The position numbers and the translations under genes are program-made. Under the pieces are notes generated by a model. It saw nothing but the letters and a program-made list of their open reading frames with translations, made no database searches and was not told where the DNA came from. Source: a virus. From it: a DNA stretch of 64,000 bases. Positions within the stretch are counted from its first letter, which is position 1, and each line of letters begins with the position of its first letter. This document shows, piece by piece, positions 57,844 to 64,000 of this stretch. The DNA is taken from UHGV virus genome UHGV-0174779; one strand, 5' to 3'.

Positions 57844-60801
57844 TTATCTTCGCCCGCCAACAGCAAACTCAATAGTTAACCCATTGATAGCTGCATTACT
57901 GTTAACATCATTATCTATAACATTATAGAATAGATACGGATGGTTCAGTCGGACGCTTACATGCCTGTCCACACCAATTATATAAGGCTTTTCACTGTGG
58001 ATATGCCTATCCTCCTGGTCCGAATACTGACTACCGCCAGCTTGGAATATGTAGGTACCCGACCCTGTTACTTGTGGACGGAATCGATTTATGTGCTTCT
58101 GATTCCATTCATTAGTTACATTGTCAAAATCAATACCAGTTCTTTCCAGTCTCATCTCTAAAGGCTTTTTGACAACAATGTCATTCAGCCTATCATAAGA
58201 ATAGTCATAAGGGCCTATGTCTACTTGGTAAAAACCTTTCATCCAAGAACCTACTACAGTTACTCTCTGACGGAAGTTAGTAGAATCCTTTCTCCACACA
58301 AGCTCACTAATTGATGGATCATCCCAAGTATACTCTTGGAAATCAACCCAAGTAGGACCTTTCTCTAAAGTCGGAGGATCCACTAAACCAATACAATGAG
58401 AGAATGGAATTGTACGAAAAGACCATGTATCAAACTCATAATTCCATACAGCAGCTTTTGTACAAGCAAAACTCCCAGCAGGTTCTCCGGGACCAACATA
58501 GAGGATCCACACTTCCTTCTTATCCTGATGCAGATGAACCTTAGTGGCTAAAGGGTTTACTAAACACACCTCATTGATAAGCATATTCTTGACCCTGTTG
58601 GATGCAATAGACTTCTTGGTTGCACCATTGTGTAGAATAACATCATTCTGAGTAACAACAAAGTGACCACTTTCAACTTCAACTACACACTCAGGTGCTA
58701 AGATTCCAGAATCATTGAATAGTTTCTTGAACATCAGTGGCTGATATGTGTTGTTAGTTGGAGATCCAATGTAAGTCTCAAACTCTGTATAGATAAACAG
58801 GTAATCTTTAAGAGGAAGAATCTCAACTAAACTACCATTTGAGTCAGCTAGATCTATATACCCGGCATACCCATTTTCCAGAGCCTCAGTCTGTCCTACA
58901 ACATTTGCTGCTAAGTCTGAAGTCACATATCTATCATAAGCAAAATCATCCCATAGAGTAGGTGCCTTATTCTCATTAGCATAGTTAGACCAGCGAAGGC
59001 GAAGAGGGTAATGAGTAGTAACCCCTGATGCATTAGACTCTCGCATATTAAGAGCAAATAGGCGATTATTAAATGCACGAATCCTCTCGCACTTCCAGTT
59101 ATATTTCACAACAGATGGATTTCCGTTAGCATCAACTATTGTTTGCTCACCCCACCCCGGAAGATCTGTGAAATACTCAGAGGCAAACTCTTTTACTTGA
59201 GGGGTTTCGTAGTGAGTAGTGAATACTGCGCAGTTAGAGATGATCGTATTATACCAGGGATACTCCTCAAATGCTTCATAATCTCTACGAGCTACTTGAC
59301 TAGCAGTGCAGGTTATCTTCACTTTGCCAGTCTTAATAGCAGTTAAGGTAAAAGAAGGGTCGGTAGTGGAGGTAGAGGATAGATACCCCGGCTGGTCTAC
59401 CACCCAATTATAAAGATACTCCCCTTCAGGGAATGCCGTTGCAGTTATTACTAATTCATCCCCAACATCAATTTCGGTATCCACAATGTCAAGAGTTAAG
59501 GATTCAAGCTGAGTTGACCTAGACATAGCTTCATTTATCGAATAAGCTTCAACGCCATCAACCATAGAGTAATCATAAAAAGGGTTTCCCTCTGACATTG
59601 ATGAGGTGTCGATACCTGAATCCATAGAACTGGATTCTTCAGAAGGAGCTGATGCAGCAGCAAAAAGAGTTCTGCTTGATAACTCAACCCTAACATTACA
59701 AGTGGCTGCTCTCCCCCCTTCTTCCGTGGTTGCTGTTATAACTGTAAATCCAGCTGTGAGTCCAGAGACAGTGCCTTGAAGACCTGTTCCCGAAACAGTA
59801 GCAATGTTTGGGTTAGAGGAAGTCCAAGTTATTTTCTGATTTGCAGCATTTGATGGGATTAGGCTAGCATACAGAACATAAGACGTCCCACGGTTAATCT
59901 GTAAATCTGTTTGACTTAAAGATATACTGTCAATCTGATTAATAACACTAACAGAGCATTCTGAGGTCTTAGACCCGTTGCTTACAGTTATCAGCGCATT
60001 ACCTACCCCTTGAGCGGTTAACACTGCTGTAGTAGTGTCACCGTTAGGTGCTACAGAGATAATGGCTGGGTTAGAAGAAGTCCATGTTAGTGGAGTCTTA
60101 CTTGTTGTTGCTGTAAGAGTGGTTGTTCCACCTTTTCGTAGTTGCACAGAATCTCGGTTAAGAAAAATACCAGAATCCGAATCGACAACCCTTACGGAAA
60201 TGCTGGTAGTCACAGATTCATCTTCATTAGAGATCGTGACAGTGAAGCTTCCCTCATTAGACAAGACGCTTAATGTAGCTTTCTTACTATCGACAGGGTC
60301 AACTAGTATTGAGCCATAAGAAGGGTTACTAACCTCCCACACGAGGGATGGAGAAGTAACACCCTCTGGAAGAAGAGATACCTCGAGAATCTTGCTTTCA
60401 TTAAAATTCATAATGACAGATGTTTCTTTAGGGATGATCTCTGTTAATACAGGATTGATTTTAATATAAGACACAGCTTTTTTGGTAACTGTAGCCACTC
60501 TTCGACTAACATCAACCATAGATTCATTATTTAACCTAAAAATACTCTTATCTGTACCTACTAGTAAGAAACTTTTGTTAGCACTGAAGTAGTCAAAAGG
60601 CATTGAAGTGAATGATAATGGTTTTATTTCTTTATCACTCTCGACGTAAGAAAGAGGGGCAGAGCCCCCCGTTTTAAAGACGCGTTGTTCTACAAACCGA
60701 GCATTGATTGCATTGGTGAATGCATTAGGAGCCAGATCTGTAGGAGATTGGTCGGCAATAACACCAACCGCACCCAAAGATTTTATTGGGTAGAGAGCCA
60801 T
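57844..60801 (-). CDS. large tail protein with multiple bacterial Ig-like (Big_2-type) domains (985 aa)
   Basis: Repeated segments of the form LTWTSSNPAIISVAPNG...TAQGVGNALITV typical of Big_2 domains. Confidence 0.65.
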   Translation of the reverse strand: MALYPIKSLGAVGVIADQSPTDLAPNAFTNAINARFVEQRVFKTGGSAPLSYVESDKEIKPLSFTSMPFDYFSANKSFLLVGTDKSIFRLNNESMVDVSRRVATVTKKAVSYIKINPVLTEIIPKETSVIMNFNESKILEVSLLPEGVTSPSLVWEVSNPSYGSILVDPVDSKKATLSVLSNEGSFTVTISNEDESVTTSISVRVVDSDSGIFLNRDSVQLRKGGTTTLTATTSKTPLTWTSSNPAIISVAPNGDTTTAVLTAQGVGNALITVSNGSKTSECSVSVINQIDSISLSQTDLQINRGTSYVLYASLIPSNAANQKITWTSSNPNIATVSGTGLQGTVSGLTAGFTVITATTEEGGRAATCNVRVELSSRTLFAAASAPSEESSSMDSGIDTSSMSEGNPFYDYSMVDGVEAYSINEAMSRSTQLESLTLDIVDTEIDVGDELVITATAFPEGEYLYNWVVDQPGYLSSTSTTDPSFTLTAIKTGKVKITCTASQVARRDYEAFEEYPWYNTIISNCAVFTTHYETPQVKEFASEYFTDLPGWGEQTIVDANGNPSVVKYNWKCERIRAFNNRLFALNMRESNASGVTTHYPLRLRWSNYANENKAPTLWDDFAYDRYVTSDLAANVVGQTEALENGYAGYIDLADSNGSLVEILPLKDYLFIYTEFETYIGSPTNNTYQPLMFKKLFNDSGILAPECVVEVESGHFVVTQNDVILHNGATKKSIASNRVKNMLINEVCLVNPLATKVHLHQDKKEVWILYVGPGEPAGSFACTKAAVWNYEFDTWSFRTIPFSHCIGLVDPPTLEKGPTWVDFQEYTWDDPSISELVWRKDSTNFRQRVTVVGSWMKGFYQVDIGPYDYSYDRLNDIVVKKPLEMRLERTGIDFDNVTNEWNQKHINRFRPQVTGSGTYIFQAGGSQYSDQEDRHIHSEKPYIIGVDRHVSVRLNHPYLFYNVIDNDVNSNAAINGLTIEFAVGGRR

Positions 60802-60810
60802 ACTTCCTCC

Positions 60811-61614
60811 TTAGCTAATACGTCTCCAGATATATGCTGCACGGAAAGGTGGTAACGTATTTATAGGTTGACGAGATACGTCATCATAGCCAAATGTTGC
60901 ATCACCCGTGATAGAGTGGGTGTGGGTATCAGAGCTTGTTACAGCAGAATATCCACTACCGGGGTTGTACCAGTTAGGTGAACTGTTATGACCACTAGCA
61001 TCTCCTCGCCCAAACGTTGTTGTATGGGTGTGTGTATAGTTAGAAAGAGAAAAACTAGAACCAGAGATTGTGGTTAATGGTAGATTCTCTGTCTTAATCG
61101 TGTTGTAAACACGACCACCAGTAGCACCAGCAGTAAACTCCACACGCTGAGCATTAGGGACTGTTCCGTCAGGGTTCACAACTCCGGCACCCATAATAAC
61201 ACCAGTAACAGCTGTCCAGATACCAAACCCTAAAGATGTAGAATCCCCCGGATTGATATCCTCCTCAGTGATGTAGTAGGACCCAACCCTATAAATCTTG
61301 TTTTGCATCCAGTTAAGCATAAAAGCTTCCATTTGAGCTTTAGTGGTAAAATCATTATTACCAGTGCCTGCTGTACCATTTTTAATCATCAGGCCGCCAA
61401 CATCCATATAATCCCCAGCAAAAGAAATTTTGTCAGAGATAGCGGCTAGTGTATCAGAATCTACAGTCATAGGTTCTGTTAAATTAGGGAATGTGTTCTG
61501 TAATACTTGTTTAACTAGGCGCAGCTGGGCTGCACCTTCATAAATATAATCTCTATCACGAGGATAGAGAGGGTTTAAGTCGGTAACTACTACCGCATTA
61601 GTTTCAATAGCCAA
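60811..61614 (-). CDS. tail fiber protein with collar-like domain (267 aa)
   Basis: HTHT...HTHS motif and G/T-rich region as in phage tail collar fibers. Confidence 0.5.
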   Translation of the reverse strand: MAIETNAVVVTDLNPLYPRDRDYIYEGAAQLRLVKQVLQNTFPNLTEPMTVDSDTLAAISDKISFAGDYMDVGGLMIKNGTAGTGNNDFTTKAQMEAFMLNWMQNKIYRVGSYYITEEDINPGDSTSLGFGIWTAVTGVIMGAGVVNPDGTVPNAQRVEFTAGATGGRVYNTIKTENLPLTTISGSSFSLSNYTHTHTTTFGRGDASGHNSSPNWYNPGSGYSAVTSSDTHTHSITGDATFGYDDVSRQPINTLPPFRAAYIWRRIS

Positions 61615-61626
61615 GAGGCACCTCCA

Positions 61627-62118
61627 TTAATATTTACCTTCGGTATAAAGATCAGCTTCTGCAACCCTTCTGTTATGAAGACCCTGACTTCTCTGCTTCT
61701 CTCCCTTGACCGTTATCTTATCCCAACGAAGAAATTCGGAATAAACATCACCTTTCACTTCTCCATTGATAACCTTTCTTAGCTTAGATGTGCTCAAAGC
61801 CCCACTACCAACATTGAAGTTGAAAGAAGTGAGCGCATCAAACTCATGAACTAACAAAGGAACCTTTATGTTCTTCTGAGTAGCACGAACAGAGTCTTGC
61901 GTGTCTCTATCTAGCAGAGCTAGACAATCCTCTATAGAATACGTTAATCCTTGTCTAACCGGATACCCATTCATGTCGCGCGTAGCCCCTACACATATCG
62001 TCCAGATACCTGCGGAATCTTTATAAGCTTTGGTTCTCATACCCTCATGCTTCATGATGAATTCCATTCCAGCTGGGCTTAAGTTTAGCTGTACAGGTGG
62101 CAATGCGGCGTTGTCCAT
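61627..62118 (-). CDS. lysozyme (GH24, T4 lysozyme/lambda R-like)
   Basis: FIMKHEGMRTKAYKDSAGIWTICVGAT signature. Confidence 0.8.
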   Translation of the reverse strand: MDNAALPPVQLNLSPAGMEFIMKHEGMRTKAYKDSAGIWTICVGATRDMNGYPVRQGLTYSIEDCLALLDRDTQDSVRATQKNIKVPLLVHEFDALTSFNFNVGSGALSTSKLRKVINGEVKGDVYSEFLRWDKITVKGEKQRSQGLHNRRVAEADLYTEGKY

Positions 62119-62148
62119 TTCTAACCTCCTTTTTGTAATCCCTTTAAA

Positions 62149-62367
62149 TTAAGGTAGTATCTTTCTCAGAGCGTTAGATTCAGCATCAGGACAAATAACG
62201 ACTAAATTATTCTGAATTGTCCTCTGCTTGCACTGAGAACTAAGCTTCTCTACCTGAGCAGGGACAGTTACTAATGGGTGAACTGCGCCTACAGGAACTG
62301 CGGTAGATACCACAACACCTGCACTTAGACACACTAAACCGTATACAGCTTGTTTCATCATTTTCAT
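62149..62367 (-). CDS. small secreted/membrane protein next to lysozyme (72 aa)
   Basis: N-terminal hydrophobic signal-like segment. Confidence 0.4.
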   Translation of the reverse strand: MKMMKQAVYGLVCLSAGVVVSTAVPVGAVHPLVTVPAQVEKLSSQCKQRTIQNNLVVICPDAESNALRKILP

Positions 62368-62469
62368 TTTTAATGTCTCCTATATATTAACCTCTTATTA
62401 GTATAATGATTTCATTACCACTTATTGACACTCGCTACTAACCCCTCCCATTACGGGAGGGACTATAGA

Positions 62470-64000
62470 TTATGCCAGCTTAACAAAGGACCCACCACCT
62501 GATACGGTTGGATCGACACCTGTAGTCCCTATATAGATGACCTTAGTGTTTGCACTACCTACTACCGGGTTTGTTAGATTAGCTAGTGATGCCTTACCTA
62601 GTTCACACGACTGGAAAACTACGTTTAGTACATTACCACCACCATCAATGTTGTAATATGGGGTGCTTATAGAAGGGTTTTGTTGGTCTATTGCTACATA
62701 TCCAGTGACATTTAAGGCAGCACTAAAGCTCGGATTAGTAAAGCCTCTTACCTTAATCTGACCTCCTGATATGAACTCAGTAGCACACCCATTCATAGAA
62801 ATCATATAAGGATCAATGAATTCGAAAGCCCAAGCCTCCCCACCTTCAGGTCGAGGAAATACCTCTTCAACAGAGCAATCAGTCATGGTGCTATGCTGAA
62901 GTCTACCTAAAGAAAAACCAGTCTGGTACCCTCTGATTCCGACGTTTCTAATATCCATGCTGGTGCCAGATTGATATAAAACTCCAGTCTCAGAGTTATA
63001 GTAAGAAATGTCAAACCCCGTAATACCAACCCTGTTAAACTGAACAAAAGAGGTTCGGATGATTCCTCCAGAAAAAGCATTATATGCCTTAAGCCCGGTC
63101 TTACCCCCTTCAAAGATACAATCCTCTACTACAGGAGAAGCTGCCTTCCCTAAGAAGAGACCATATTGTGGTGCAATAGACTCCGCTGTTGATGCAGACA
63201 TGCCAAGACGTCTAAACATACACTTACTAACATGGGCATGAGAACAATAGGATTTCATCTCATGGTCTGATAAATCCCAGACAGAAGGTATAAACACACA
63301 GAGAGCATCCACTGAATAACTAGGACCTACTTGGGTGTAAGAGTTTGATGTTTTATAAAACACTGTAGACTCAGCCCTACCTTTTCCCCTTATTCCACAA
63401 TTGTCATAAATAGGAACGGCTACAGAAGTGTGGATGTTCCCAGCTGGGAAATCAATAATCACTTTATTTCGTTTAGCATAATCCATAGCTCTCTGGATAG
63501 CAACAGCGTTATCAGTAGATCCGTCAGGAACAACTCCCCAAAATTCTGCTTCATATGTAGTAACGTTCAAACGTTTCCAACAATATAAACCTTCTTCAAC
63601 AGGGAAAACGACTATACCATAGTCATTCACCTGACCCTCTCTAGGGATGCTTTGGAACAACCCACCGCCTCGCATCGCCTGAGCTTCTGATGATGCAAAA
63701 GCAGATGCAACTCTGATAGTAATCCCAGCGGAAGGAGGGTTTACTGTTTGAAGTGCGGAGAGGTTTAAGACTCGGCCTATGGAATTAAACCCATCGTAAG
63801 AGGATACCTTGCTTGACATTTCTAGAGCTGGGAATACTTGACCATAGGAAGCAGCTTCTGTACTAACTGTCGCATCAGGGATGCTAACTGGTTGTGTAAA
63901 ACTCACTTTGTTAGTAAAAGAGGTAATATCAGAGTTATCTCCACTTTTTGCTGCTACAAGTGCTAATCGAGCATTCTCAGCACTAGTGGAACCTGTACCA
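62470..64000 (-). CDS. tailspike with pectate-lyase-like beta-helix (putative depolymerase), 5' end beyond window
   Basis: WGVVPDGSTDNAVAIQRAMDYA motif typical of pectate-lyase-3 tailspikes; reading frame remains open upstream of the track GTG start through position 64000 with no in-frame start codon. Confidence 0.65.
   Translation of the reverse strand, partial: GTGSTSAENARLALVAAKSGDNSDITSFTNKVSFTQPVSIPDATVSTEAASYGQVFPALEMSSKVSSYDGFNSIGRVLNLSALQTVNPPSAGITIRVASAFASSEAQAMRGGGLFQSIPREGQVNDYGIVVFPVEEGLYCWKRLNVTTYEAEFWGVVPDGSTDNAVAIQRAMDYAKRNKVIIDFPAGNIHTSVAVPIYDNCGIRGKGRAESTVFYKTSNSYTQVGPSYSVDALCVFIPSVWDLSDHEMKSYCSHAHVSKCMFRRLGMSASTAESIAPQYGLFLGKAASPVVEDCIFEGGKTGLKAYNAFSGGIIRTSFVQFNRVGITGFDISYYNSETGVLYQSGTSMDIRNVGIRGYQTGFSLGRLQHSTMTDCSVEEVFPRPEGGEAWAFEFIDPYMISMNGCATEFISGGQIKVRGFTNPSFSAALNVTGYVAIDQQNPSISTPYYNIDGGGNVLNVVFQSCELGKASLANLTNPVVGSANTKVIYIGTTGVDPTVSGGGSFVKLA

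Overview
This window looks like most of a virulent tailed dsDNA phage genome of a Gram-negative (probably enterobacterial) host, with a phiEco32-like architecture: a phage-encoded ECF-type sigma factor, split DNA polymerase and an amidoligase cluster. All calls come from reading the sequence and the supplied ORF translations; no database search or folding program was run. Layout: (1) 1-6830, minus strand: partial scaffold-like gene, portal, large and small terminase, small ORFs. (2) 6830-7830: ORF-poor, iteron-rich and AT-rich region (candidate origin or genome terminus). (3) 7830-46840, plus strand: early genes with tandem sigma70-type promoters and secreted/lipoprotein genes, then an amidoligase / ATP-grasp / class-II glutamine amidotransferase / GGCT-like cluster, then replication and nucleotide-metabolism genes, SSB, overlapping spanins and the sigma factor. 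(4) 46906-64000, minus strand: virion and tail genes including a lytic transglycosylase, lysozyme and a depolymerase-type tailspike that runs off the window. The most interesting candidates are the uncharacterised amidoligase cluster (whose amidotransferase needs an AUU start), the primase-helicase interrupted by an HNH-ORF-containing intron-like insert, and a recurring TAATGTATA promoter-like motif. No integrase, repressor, CRISPR array, rRNA or phage single-subunit RNA polymerase was seen.
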